Assembly: GCA_002633005.1 (NCBI GenBank)
Contig: NMRA01000046.1
Coordinates: 1,247,461 to 1,311,460 of the forward strand
DNA from: Phoronis australis
Lineage: Eukaryota; Animalia; Phoronida
Length of the DNA stretch: 64,000 bases
Direction of reading: 5' to 3'
Shown here: piece after piece, positions 26,869 to 38,884 of the stretch
How the letters are laid out: every line of letters starts with the position of its first letter
How positions within the stretch are numbered: position 1 is the first letter of the stretch
Position numbers and translations under genes: made by a program
Notes under the pieces: generated by a model
Told to the model about the DNA's origin: nothing
What the model saw: only the letters and a program-made list of their open reading frames with translations
The model's database searches: none

Positions 26869-28880
26869 AAAAGAAGTAATAATAACATACACATGACGAA
26901 CGTAGAAGTCCGAAATCAGTAAGAAAAAGGCTACAGTCTTGAGCGACACTTGGCGAAATTAACGGAAAAGAGAACGACGGAGATGATGACAAAGATGATG
27001 ACGAATATGATGATGGTGGTGGCGATGATGAACAACATCTCAACATTCATATGATGAACTTAGATGTCATAAATCAATAAGAAATGGGCTACAGTCTAGT
27101 TCATAGAAGGTAAACCAACATCAATGCAGCCAGAGCGCTCAACAAAGGAGCAGCGTTATCAGAAAATCTCAAATAACTCAAAAAGTAGACGTCCTAGCGA
27201 AAAATGGAAAACATATTCTAAAAGCCCGTTCAAAATTCTATCTAAACTGATGGCATCGTTTAATTCCGTAAATTTTTCGAAAAAAAATGAAATTTTGAGT
27301 TTTTTTTTAAAGAAATTCAAAGTCAAATAACTCAAAAACGGTAAGTCTGAGAAAAAAATGTTACACGCCATTTGAAAGAATATACTTCAAAGAATCTACA
27401 AGCAAAAAATCACGTCTTTTTCTCTTCCCGTTTAAAATCGCACTCCAGACGACTGAAAATGGGTCAACATGCGCCATATCCGCCATCTTGAAAGCAACTT
27501 CCGGTTTTTTGGCTTTGTATAATAGCATGTTACAAGAAACTAATACATGTAAAAATTCGAAGGAATTGGTCTTATAATACACCCTCTAGAGGAGAAAACG
27601 TTTTTAGGCAAAAATCGAGGTGCGCATGCGCGATCGCCGATATTTCCGCCATCTTTAACTGGAAGTAAACAATTTCCGGTAAACTTGTAGCAAACTTCCA
27701 GTCCATTTACTGCGCCGATTCTTAGCCTTTTACGTAAAAAAATGTAGCCTCCAGAAGCATTTGAACCTTTAAATGGAAACAAAATGACCGCCACAGCCGC
27801 CATCTTGGATCCGATTTTGACGAAAAACAATAGGCTTCTAGTACTTTCAAAAGTACGTGTTATGTGTCAATGTCGTGATGATCGGATGAAAATTGCGACC
27901 TGTATCGTGCGAACAAACAAAAAAAATGAAAGCGCTCTGAGGAGCGAAACTTGGCGAAATTAACCAAAAAAACACGTTCGAGAGGACGAGAAAAAACGAC
28001 GACAGAGATGATGACGAAGATGACAGCTATGACGACGATGGTGGCGATAATGGACAACCCTAGTCATGATATCATTCATATAACGAACGTAGAGGTCAGA
28101 AATCACTAAGAAATAGGCTACAGTCTTGAGCGACACTTGGCGAAATTAACTGAAGAAAAGACGACGTCGGAGATGATGACAAAGATGACGAATATGATGA
28201 TGGTGGTGGCCATGATAAAGAACATCATAACATTCATATGACGAATTTAGATGATCTCATAAATCATTAAGAAATAGGCTGCAGTCTAGTTCAATAGAAG
28301 CTAAACCAACCTGAATGCAAGAGCTCTCAACAAAGGAGCAGCCTTATCACAAAATCTCAAATAACTCAAAAAGTGGACGTCGTAGAGAAAAATGGAAAGC
28401 AACTTCTGAAAGCCCGTTCAAAGCTCTATCTAAACTGATGGTATCGCTTAATTCCGTAAATTTTTCGAAAAAAATGGAATTTTGCGTTTTTTTAAGAATT
28501 TCAAACTCAAATAACTCGAAAACGGTAAGTCTGAGAAAAAAATTGATATAGGCCATTTGAAAGATAATACTTCAAAGAATCTACATGCAAAAAATCACGT
28601 CTTTTTCTCTTCCCGTTAAAAATGGCACTCCAGACGACTGAAAATGGGTCAACATGCGCCATATCCGCCATCTTGAATGCAACTTCCGGTTTTTTGGCTT
28701 TGTATAATAGCATGTTACAAGAAACTAATACTTGTAAAAATTCGAAGGAATTGATCTCATAATGCGCCCTCTAGAGGAGAAAACGTTTTTCAGCCAAAAT
28801 CGAGGTGAAAAAAAAACAAAAAAAAACAAACTTAGTGTCAGAGCAATATACTTGGCGAAATTTATTTCGCCAAGTAAAAA
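26869..28880. mobile_element. Helentron/HINE-like element with a diverged tandem duplication (period about 1.19 kb)
   Basis: About 26890-27620 matches 28077-28808. GAT-rich segments, recurring CTTGGCGAAATTAA, and terminal hairpin TACTTGGCGAAAT..ATTTCGCCAAGTA at about 28848-28877. Confidence 0.6.
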
Positions 28881-30083
28881 CTTAGTGGAAGAGCAACATA
28901 CTTGGCGCGCGACGCTGTGTCCCTTGGACTTTTTATTCGTCAACATGCGTGATTTCACGTAACGTACTCAAAATGGCACTCGGTAAGAGTAACTCAAGCA
29001 AACCGCGACAAATTTTCAACTATTTTTCAAATTATCTTGACGGAATCGTCTCTATACTTATGGTATGTGTTAATTATCTTTTCCATGTGCATATATGCAT
29101 GTTTCATTTGATTTTATTTCCTGTATTTTGAAATTCGTAACTTTTTTGTGGGGATGTAGGCTACTCTCGCCCCTGTACTGTATGTCTGCGGCATCCAGGG
29201 CGATGTAATTGCCTACCATGTTGTATGCAAGTTGTGAGGTAAGCTGATGACGAAATATATACATTTGTTACGAAATAAATCTATGACGCAAGAAAATGAC
29301 GTTTGTTGCATTGTTTTTCACTTAAAACGGTTGTAACGGGCAAGGTGAATGTCGGTTGCTTCCCAGATTTTGCATGCCCCCCATCCGGTCTTTAGCTCTA
29401 CATGTTGTTACGAGTTTCACCGCGAGGTGACGAGCAAAACTACCCTGACTCTGAGCAATTTCGGGGTCTACGGAAGAAAAACAGAGAATTTTAAAGATAG
29501 TCTTAATACAGCGAGCTGACTGGCTACACAAATGTATGGCAAAGCTGCTTTATTGCTGCATCCATACGCAACGTAGTATTTTAGCCCAGAGATCCGTAAC
29601 TATCCTACGTTAAAGAAGTGACACTCAGCTGTTACGCGGTGAGGCTTAGGAGAAATTCCGTTGGCACGATGATGTCACATGTACCACTTTACCTTGATTG
29701 GTTAAGAAATTATCTTGGGCGCTCGAAGGGGCTACAAATTATGTCGCAATAAATTACTCTCTGCGGTATGCATGTAACAGAAACAATATTTTTTTGAAAA
29801 TAGGCGTACTCTTATATTTCTGGTGTCAAGAAGGTGTTTTGGTCACTTGAGGCTATCTTTAAGGTTCACCCTAGCTAAGTCATTTTTCTTGAAACAGGCC
29901 ACTACATTTTAAACGATGTTTTCATCACGTGCAGCACGTGAATGAATTTTTCAGAAGATGGAACGTGGAATTTCCACGTTCACGGCATTTGTCTCAGGTA
30001 ACGTCGTTTTGTCCTAAGACCGATCTGGTTTACATAAAAATTTATTTCCTAGTATGAAATCTGGTTATACCTGAGCTCTAAGC

Positions 30084-30999
30084 ATGCTACAAAGTACGCT
30101 ATTGAGGATTTTGACTTTCGTAATCCTGGTTATTCCATGCCTTCGTTATCCTGCAGTGATGGTCACGACTGAGACGTCATATCCAGAAATTGAACAGTGT
30201 GATTCAGACGTAGTATTTGCCATACCTGTAAGTGATTCCGTCGAGAACAGCCAATATGAGCTTATGAAAGATTTCGTCATTGGAGTCGCCGACAAATTGC
30301 GATCTACAAATAGTCGTATTGGTGTTTTTCAGTACGGTGACACCGTAACTCCAAGCGTAAAGTTGAACAGTGGTGTGAATGCCACAGTTCAAGACAGAAT
30401 GAAACAAAGGATGAGAGAAATGAAAAAAGAGGATGCAAGAAGCACAAAAACAGGAGAAATTCCGACATTTTTTGGAATGGGTCTCGGTCAAACTAGATTA
30501 CAAGCCTTTTCGTTGCTTAACAGTGATCGTCGTGACACAGTTAAAATAGTCATCGGCTTAGTGGATGGTCCTACAAATGAAGAACGTGTTTTTGGCGCCA
30601 CAATGTCTTTAGGAAACCACCCTGAAATGCAGCCAGCTGCATATAATGACTTCGGTTTTCTATTGTTCAGTGTTTTAATTAATCGTCAGGCAAGTGGTAA
30701 AGAAATTGCTAAAAAGAATGGATACAGTGGCCATTTTTTTGCCTCCCACTTCGAGCAACTAATTGACTTGCAAGACATGGTTGTCACGGCTGTAAAGGCA
30801 AGATGTTGGCAGATGCGACAGATAAGAGGGGAATCAGTCACCGAACGTCTTGTGAGTGAAGTTTTCAAGAGCGACGGCACTGTTAACACAAAATGGTTAT
30901 GTGGGCATGTAGGTGATGGGGACAGTTCTTATTGTTCTGAATCTGCACAATACTTAAAAAGACCAAAGTTGTACACGAAACCACTTCCACCTAAATATT
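30084..30999 (+). CDS. Secreted VWA + EB/EGF-repeat protein, coding exon 1 (signal peptide + VWA domain)
   Basis: Hydrophobic N-terminus, then CDSDVVFAIPVSDSV...MKDFV...RIGVFQYG...T.TG...IVIGLVDG, a VWA pattern with degenerate MIDAS. Consensus GTAAGT donor at 31000, phase 1. Unspliced, the ORF ends at 31010. Confidence 0.88.
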
Positions 31000-31337
31000 G
31001 TAAGTATTAAGCTGCAATAACATGTACGCAATCTTGCCAGCTGATACACCGCATTGCCACGCCTGTAGGCTCATAGCTCTGAATAAGAAATAATGCTTTT
31101 TGCGACCTTTTTACTGAAGAGGCTCACATATTAATGTATGCGCCTAAGGCTCGAATATAAAAACCCTGCTGAGGCCCACACATTAATTTTCATATAGGCA
31201 CACATATTTTAACTACCGCTGTGCCTCCTTATAAAATTTTTACGTTTGCTTCTCTATCTATGTAGGTCCCTGCCGTCTTTTTAAGAAATTTGGTAAATAG
31301 TTTTGTATTACTGTATTGCCGCACCTTTAAGATAATG

Positions 31338-32572
31338 GGCCTCTGTGCGAAATAATGGTCTAGTAAACCCTGGTTTAACTCCAACTCAGACATAATCCGA
31401 GTCAGTTTTCATTTCACCAACGAGGCCTATATTCCTAAGACCTGTAATAAGATCTAAACAAGGTTTAACTTTAGGTCAAACCTATGTTTACTACTGTTAA
31501 ATGTGGCAGACATGCACGACAAAGGTGCAACTGAATGGTGTCACGGTCTGCTGAGCAAGAACGGTATATTTACAATTTTCAACTTTACAACACAAGATCA
31601 AACGTAGCAGGGGTAGATCCAGGATTTTTTAAAGGGGGGGTTGGGATCAAGGATTTTTTAAAACGGGGTTCAAAACAACAATTTGAAAATTATAGATTTA
31701 ATATCACTAAAATCAAGGGAAAAGGAGAGTCCGGACCCCTCAACCCCCCTAGATCCGCCTATGCGTAGACCAGTCCGTGTTGCAGGGTCACCTTCGATTC
31801 CTCAGAATACGACTGGTCGAGCAGGGGGTCATCGTCGTAAGCGCTACGGGTTTGACTGAAGATGTCACCTTCTGATTCTTCTGACTGAGTTGCACCTCCA
31901 TTGGTTCCCGATTTAAGGTTGCCGGGCAGGGGTCCTGCCCCCACCCTTTGGGATTAAAAAATAAACACTAAAGTGACACGGAAATAAATTTTGGCATTTA
32001 TTATGTTGCGACTAATCGTGAGCACTTTACTTTCATGTGTGCACGATTGTTGTCCACAGACATTACAAAATGAAAAACGTCCCCTCATGATAATCTATAC
32101 TTGCCACTGGGTCCCTCACCGTTTTTCTTTTCAATTTTTTTCACTGATGACATTTTTTTCTAGCCTTCATTTTTAGTGATACCCTTTATCTGTTTGTCGC
32201 TGCATTTCTCCGATTGTGCAAACTGTGCTGCTCGTCTGGACCAATATCTGTCCAAGTCTGCTGCTTACGTTGACCAGTTTTCTTGTTTGCTATAACATTG
32301 GCTTTTTCTCTGATCAGTTCTGGGAGGGAACATTTTTCCTCATGAGAAAAGGTTTTATACCTTTTTCGCAAATGTCTGCACTGATTCTACTGTTGTATGC
32401 TATTGTATACCCATATGATCAAGAATACATCTTGAAGCACTTAAATAGTTTCTTTGTTGCGTTAATCCAGATCAACACAGTAGGATGGCTTGGATACTTT
32501 AGTTTAAACCTGGTTTTACTAAACCCGCTCCCTGGTCTAACAAAACCAGGCTTTCAGACTTTTGAACCACGA
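31338..32572 (-). mobile_element. Harbinger-like deletion derivative with Myb/SANT-like remnant; boundaries approximate
   Basis: ORF 32186-32371 (-) RYKTFSHEEKCSLPELIREKANVIANKKT..RKQQTWTDI resembles the Myb/SANT-like Harbinger protein. Inverted subterminal motif tagtaaaccctggtttaact (31361) / agtttaaacctggttttacta (32501). Confidence 0.55.
31608..31763. mobile_element. MITE with 5-bp TSD
   Basis: CAGGGGTAGATCC...AGATCCGCCTATG flanked by CGTAG on both sides. Confidence 0.8.
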
Positions 32573-32824
32573 TAGTAAAATGCAGGTTCGGTATAAGATT
32601 AGACCAGGATTAGGAAGACCAGCCTCCCGTTGAGTAATGCTAGGACCTCGCTTAAAAGCAAGACTTTGTGAGATTACGTGTGTCATTGCCCTGTATTATT
32701 AATGAGAGCGCGTGACGTTGACTAGACTTTAGCGAAGACCTAGCGTATGTCCTAGATTTAGTGAACGCACACCAGATTTAAGTCTTAAACCTGGCTTCGT
32801 TAAAATCCCTTTATGAAGTCGCTG

Positions 32825-32928
32825 CAAGTATCGACATACCAATCAGGTTACATACAAGTAGTGAAATGAATTTCTTGCTACGCCCATATCACTACATGGA
32901 TGTAACCTGATTGGTTTTTCGACACTTG
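32825..32928. repeat. Hairpin / tiny foldback element
   Basis: caagtatcgacataccaatcaggttacatacaagtagtga pairs with tcactacatggatgtaacctgattggtttttcgacacttg. Confidence 0.8.
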
Positions 32929-33879
32929 ATGTCCTGTTGTTTATAACCTGATGATGTCAAATGAATAGACGAAACGTCGAATGAACATGAACGTTTTTAT
33001 TTGTGCGGCGATTATCCGTTTTTTAATCCTACTATGGCCAAAAACTGATGTAATTAAGTGTTATAATTTTGTTCACAGCGTGCGGTGTGCTTTCAAATGT
33101 TGGTGCTTGCTTCTTGTCAGTTCCATACAAAATCTCGAGAATACCGTCCACATCGGGTTTATGGGGAAGACAAGCGTTTTAGTATTATTTTTAGTTAAAA
33201 CACGATTTTCAGAGTATCCTTCACAATTTTGGAAATTGAATTTCTTTAACTGAGCCCTCGCCACTCCGAATGAAATCTACACGGGACATGTCCTTTTCCG
33301 TATTAGCCATCGACGAGTATTTTGCGACAAGCATAGATTGGATTTAGCAATAATTTGATCCGCAATAGACAACAATTGGGCTGGAGCCAGGAATCGCAAT
33401 CTGAGACTCAATGACGAAGAAATGGTAGACAGTAGAACGGAAAAGATGTATTTCGCGACAAATTAGCTCCTATTTGCATGAACTGGATTACGCCAAGGCT
33501 GAAACCTACAGGCTTAGGCAGCGCTTGATCGGAGTAAACAAGACATAAAAGGCAGACACCTGGGCTCTCACTGAGTTCACATCACTCTTAACAACTCCCT
33601 GGCACCATTGAAACAACAATAGAACTTAACTCAAATCAACGACGAGTTTATCGAACACCGTCACCCGACAGCGTCTTCACTAGACTTGGACAACTCATTG
33701 TTCTCATTTGGCGATGAGCTGTACAAGGTCCTTATGTGTTGTAGGCCGGAAACACCACCAGCACATAGTGAATCTGTGCTGATTGTTAGCATTAAACGCT
33801 GCAGCTGCTGCTCTGATGAACGGTTAACACCAGCATCGTGGTCTCGAGAAAAGAACTCTGGCTCCGTAATACCAACTTC

Positions 33880-34330
33880 CGCACGTGACCTACGAACGTC
33901 TATAATTAGAGCTTGCGAAGCCGAGACTAGTGGCGAGAGTTTGCACTGAGAATTTCCGGCTGCCTGCTTGACTGAGTTTTGACCGAGCGTTATAGTTATT
34001 AAATCAAGCCAAATTTCATTGCTTCATGTTAAATTTGTTATTATTCATAAAGCAAGATTACTGAGCCTGGGTTCCATACAATCAGTGATTTCTATGCCTT
34101 GGGTGGATTCTGGGAGTAGTTTGGCCTCTAGTATCTTTTCAGCTCCAGTCGTAGAACCACTTTCGACAACCTATCGTACTACATGCCAAGAGTTTTTTAA
34201 CAGGACATTTTCGGGTGATAAAATTTGGCACAGTGTTTTACGAATAGCAGTTACATTTGGCCTAGATGAAAAGTTTTAACCCTAAAACAGGTGTGTTTAC
34301 GCAACTTTCGAAAAATTACTCACAATTGCT

Positions 34331-34332
<2 letters not shown>
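33880..34332. repeat. Dispersed repeat; inverted copy at about 56245-56760; both abut (TG)n/(CA)n
   Basis: gagcttgcgaagccgagactagtggcgagagtttgcactgagaatttccggctgc matches the reverse complement of about 56685-56740. Confidence 0.7.

Positions 34333-34393
<61 letters not shown>
34333..34393. repeat. (TG)n microsatellite
   Basis: Read directly from the sequence. Confidence 0.97.
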
Positions 34394-34394
<1 letters not shown>

Positions 34395-35116
34395 ATATGT
34401 GGATTATTATTGTTTTCAATTGTTTCTATAATAATTCATATGTACAATGTATAGCTGTTGCCCAGCTGCCGTTTTTTTGTTTCTTCGATCTCTGGAAAGT
34501 ATGCCTACTATTATGTAGTATTTACATATAGTAGTGAAATAAAATTTAAAAAAAAAACGAAAAGCTTACCTTGTAAAAGAACCCAATCCACCCGTGTAGC
34601 TGACAAAAGTGTATTTCATAATTTCCCCGATTTCCGGTGTTTTACGCTCTTAGTGGTTAATATGTAATTTTACCGAGTATACCTTGCACTATTTTGCTCC
34701 TCAGCTTCAGTGATTACACAGCAATTTCATAAACAGATGCACTGCAAACATCAGGATTTTGACACCTTAAGTGAATATGAAGGTTCTTGAGAACATCGGA
34801 AGCCCAAGAAGTGGGGATGGGGTAGGGCGGCAAGCCGTTTCCTCATTCTGTTCACTTCAACGATTAGGTTGGGTATGGGTTATGAAATGGTCTCTTATCT
34901 GTGGTTCTTCTAAGAGTTGTATAGTAAGTTCAGCGACAATACGTTTTAAGCTAAAGAACTACTGGCTATGTTTACTCGAGTGGCCACACGATATGAATCC
35001 ATACTGGATAAATCATTGTTTGCCATTTAAGGTTTGGATTTTATGGACTAGCACCCAAAAATTGCCTTTGTTAGATAATTCTCATATGACTGGCGTGAAT
35101 GTTAAAATATCCCCTG

Positions 35117-35757
35117 TATAAATATAGATTATTACACGGCGAAGTCGTTATCCCCCGTTATCTAGAGCCCGAGTGGATTTTGGAGAATTATCGCCTGTAA
35201 AATAATGCTTTTACTCAAAACCAGTTGAAAAAATAAAACAAAATAGAAATAAAGTGAATCTATAAATTAAGGTTTAGCAACTGTTATAGCTTACTACACA
35301 TTTTATCACGCTAAGCTTCGACCGGGAATATATCGTCTGCTAAAGTAGGTTACCACTAGTAACTGACTATAATGCTCAAGTCAAAGGATCCCGACCACAC
35401 GACACCTGCATTCAAATTGGAGATCGGTGATTTACAAGTGAGAGAACACGAGAGAAAAATTTCACTGAATTAAAATATCGTTTTTATGGAAATTATGCGT
35501 CTTATTTTTCTTAGCTTATAATTGTCGGTGCAATGCCCATGCGATTATTTCGCGTGCTCATTTAAGTATTCTATTTTCACGTTCGATGACGTCAGCCGCT
35601 GAGTGGTATAGTGGTAAAGTCGGCGACTCGCAACTGTTGAGCCCCGGATTTGACTCCGGCCTCAGTTTCCCGCCAAAATGTTATCTCATTAGTGAGATAA
35701 TTTTATGGGTTATTACACGGTTGTATCTGCCATTCGAGGCTAATATTGTGGTATAAA
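35117..35757 (+). mobile_element. Internally deleted palindromic (Crypton-like) element containing a tRNA-like segment; related copies at about 59845-60131 (+) and 48655-49070 (-)
   Basis: Starts with the left arm of the 26168 palindrome. 35290-35565 matches 59846-60131. Ends TGTGGTATAAA, the inverse of TTTATACCACA at 26336-26346. Confidence 0.65.
35598..35667 (+). pseudogene. tRNA-like (Ala-CGC-like) degenerate segment inside a repeat
   Basis: A-box-like TGGTATAGTGG, loop ctCGCaa, T-arm-like ccggatttgactccgg and stem gctgag/ctcagt. A diverged minus-strand copy lies at about 48662-48735. Confidence 0.5.
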
Positions 35758-38503
35758 ACGCCATATTTCTATTTATTTGAACGTGAACATCCTGGTAATG
35801 GGTCTTATGCCTACATTCAAACATTTGCAGGTCACACAGAACGATAGTCTTGCTACAGATGTTGGTGATATATATTATGGTGAAAGCTTGTAATAAGTAA
35901 AAATGCCGAGGATGTAATTTTTGAATACAATGGACTCATCTTGGCGAGAGTAGGCGTGTTTGGTATATTGCTCCATTCACAATGTTGTTCACTTCCTTGG
36001 GTGAAATAAATGCAGACATACGTTCATAAAGTGAGGAAAACTGCATTTGATGACAGTGCAACGCAAAGGATGTCTGCTCCGAATGTATTTGCAGCATCGA
36101 TTTCTTATGTAGAGAGCTGGCCAGGCTGGTCCAGTTCTAATGCAATTGAGTCTAGGCGGGCACCACACAATTAAAGGCAAACGGAGCTCAAGGTTAGATC
36201 ATGACGTGAAAACGTTCTAGACAGAAAGTTTGCAGCCGGTTTCAAGTGCATCCCTGAAGACTAAAGAAACAAGGTTTTCTATGAATGGTCAGAAAAACGT
36301 CTTAAATGAGATGACTGACTAAAAGAGGCCCAGAACAGTGGCTTTTTTCTCGCATGGCTGTCTCTTATAAATAAAGCTGGCTGCGAGATGGAGACGCGCA
36401 AACGTTCGACGGAGAAAATTTAAGACCCGAACAGCTACGTGAAGTTGTGGAAGATCTGGGTTAATACCCAGTCCGTTCTACTGGGAAGTTCTACCACCAC
36501 CTTTTCAGCTACTTAATTGTCGAGGTTTAAATATCTACTATAGTTTCTTGATGTTGTATGTTCATACATTTTAATTTGCTCAATACTTCATATCGTAACA
36601 TGTTTGTTCTTCTGTGAAAAGAAGGAAATAGGTACAATATTTGCGCTTATAGCCGTTGTTAACACAAGGGTTGAAATTTAGAGAAGTACCTTTTTAGCTC
36701 AAGACCAAGAGGGGGAAGCTTCCAATTCCACACGATTTACAGTTTCTGAAAATGCCAGTTACGCATACATGTATTTGAGAAACACCAAGGTCATTGCATT
36801 TAATAATTACATAATTCATCATTTTTATACAGTACAAGCTCTCACCATAACGTCTCATTATATGACCAACCTGTGTAGCCAGGTTTACTGTTCTGTAAAG
36901 AATGTCCTACCTGCAATGAGTCCTTACCTGAATGTTCGTGTTCAAACCAATGGACATAGGAAGTGTATACAAGGAGACATTTCTATTTTCACTCCAGTTA
37001 TATGAGATTTAACTAAAATGGCAGCTTTTTAGGTGCATACTAATCCAGAAAATCCATGTCATAAATCGAAAAAATGGTTTGCGCATCCAGAATTCCTCCG
37101 TGTGGCCGCTCAAGCAGAAATTGTCAACAATTCTTTAAGCAAAAACTTACTGTGGCTGAACTATTTACCCAACTTTTAGAAAAAACACAAATAAGAGACC
37201 CATAACTCAGAACATTGGTCTGAGCCCATACACAAGCCTGTTGAAAAGTAAAAGTTATATATTTTGTAGCTACTTGTTACACTCTGATATAATGTATTTT
37301 AGGGTCTGATCTGAGTAACACAGTGTTATACAAGCAGACCTCGCTCTATGAGTATAATCGCGTTTTGTATTTTGTTTAGGGATTAAAGTCGCTCCTTGAA
37401 ACTTCCTCATCATCACCACTTTCACTGTTGCCCATTCCAACCAATTAGAAGTGAATGTTGTTACCAGACTACATAGAATCGCCAACGTTAACAGAAAGGG
37501 GGCTTAGCTACTTTTCTGTAAACTTAAGCGAGTTTAATGGCTGCAACCTCCTTTCCGCCGTTGTTGGGCTTCCGATGGTCTCAGAACCTCTAAGCTTATT
37601 ACCTACCTTCAAATCCTTTTAACGTATAGCCTAAAGATGGTAATGGTTGAGCGTTATCACTGAAGCTGAGTAGATAATTTGTGCAGGGTATACTGAGTAG
37701 CTAATAAGTGAATTGTATACTGAGTGGCTAATTAGTGCAGGGTATACATATAAGTTATACAACGTACGTGTTTGTACCAGTGGTTATTATATCGAGATTC
37801 GTGATATGCAAAAGAAAACTTGAAAGAAATTCCTTATTTTTGAAATGTCAGTACTTAAGTACTAATATTTCTCTCTAAAATATCAAACGTGTTTATGGAT
37901 CTTAAGGTCAGATATATTCAGAGAGAAAACATTACTGTTAGTAGTAGTGGTGGTGGTGGTGGTGGTGGTAGTAGTTATTTCTTATAGTGACAAGTACAAT
38001 TAAATCAAACAGTTATAGGTATAACAATCGTAAGAAAGATAAGTACCCAGCCCATTTGGGCTTATTTGTCACTTTAACCACACAACTCAGATGTAGGCCT
38101 ACCATAAATGCGTCGGTTTCTAAGTTCAAAAGCAGACTTGATATATTTGGCAAATTGCCTAGGGAAATACTGAAATAGCAGTTTTAACGTATCCAATCTA
38201 CTGAAATCTACAAAGTTCGGGATTTGAAATGAAACATTATTAAATAGAATTGACCTCCGTGAGTTATAAAGAGAACAATCAAACACAAAGTGTAGCTCAT
38301 CCTCCACAGAGCCAGAGTCACACCACAAGCAAAGTCTTTCACTTACAGGAGTGTTTACAGAACGACCAGTTTCCAAGTGCAATGTGAGATTTCCTGCTCT
38401 AAGCTGAGCCAGAAGAGACCGCTCAGAAGGAGATAAATTGATCTTTACTTACGGCTCAGTTAAAAACTCGTGCTTAAATAAAATGTAGGTTCTTAACTTG
38501 GGT

Positions 38504-38884
38504 ATAGTATAAGAATCAATAAATCTATTACTGGACTTACGGTACGTGGAGGTGGCTACGTTGCGTCCTCCTCTCGAGGACTTCATCAGGCCACTGAGTT
38601 GTCACGTGACTTGTCATGTGATCTGTCGTACAGTTTCTGCGGGATTCTCTTCAGCGCCCTATCCCATGTCCTAGGTAAGTGAAACCGCAGCCACCCTGTC
38701 TATTGAGGCTACGATTCTCAATTCTCTCGTAGATAGCTTCTTTTACCCCTCTCCGAAACCAATTTTCTTCTCTGTCCAGGATCTTCACATCTTCCATGGC
38801 GAAAGAGTGGTACCGTAAGTCCAGTAATAGATTTATTGATTCTTATACTATGACCCAACTGGATGACTGAAAACATTCATCGTA
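38504..38884 (-). mobile_element. Penelope-like element fragment (GIY-YIG C-terminus + pLTR with inverted duplication), 11-bp TSD
   Basis: TTAACTTGGGT at 38493-38503 and 38885-38895. Minus strand reads HSFAMEDVKILDREENWFRRGVKEAIYERIENRSLNRQGG. About 38504-38545 is inverted at about 38810-38851. Confidence 0.88.
38531..38592 (-). ncRNA. Hammerhead-ribozyme-like motif in the Penelope pLTR (one core mismatch)
   Basis: Minus strand: cCTGATGAa gtcctc gagag gaggac GCAA cgtagc...aaGTCcag. CUGANGA and a 6-bp stem II are intact, but GAAA reads GCAA. Confidence 0.7.

Noticed and set aside
26368-27046. Long ORFs in the track spanning the N run
   Set aside because: Artefacts of the assembly gap.
30084-31010. 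Single-exon 308-aa gene
   Set aside because: A consensus donor at 31000 and phase-matched downstream exons indicate a spliced gene. Read-through is kept only as a possible isoform.
35598-35667. Functional tRNA gene
   Set aside because: Poor D and anticodon stems, TTTGA instead of TTCGA, and it is embedded in a dispersed repeat.
35830-36480. Coding-looking segment after an AG in VWA intron 1
   Set aside because: Stops in all three frames, and no phase-1 exon or family motif was recognised.
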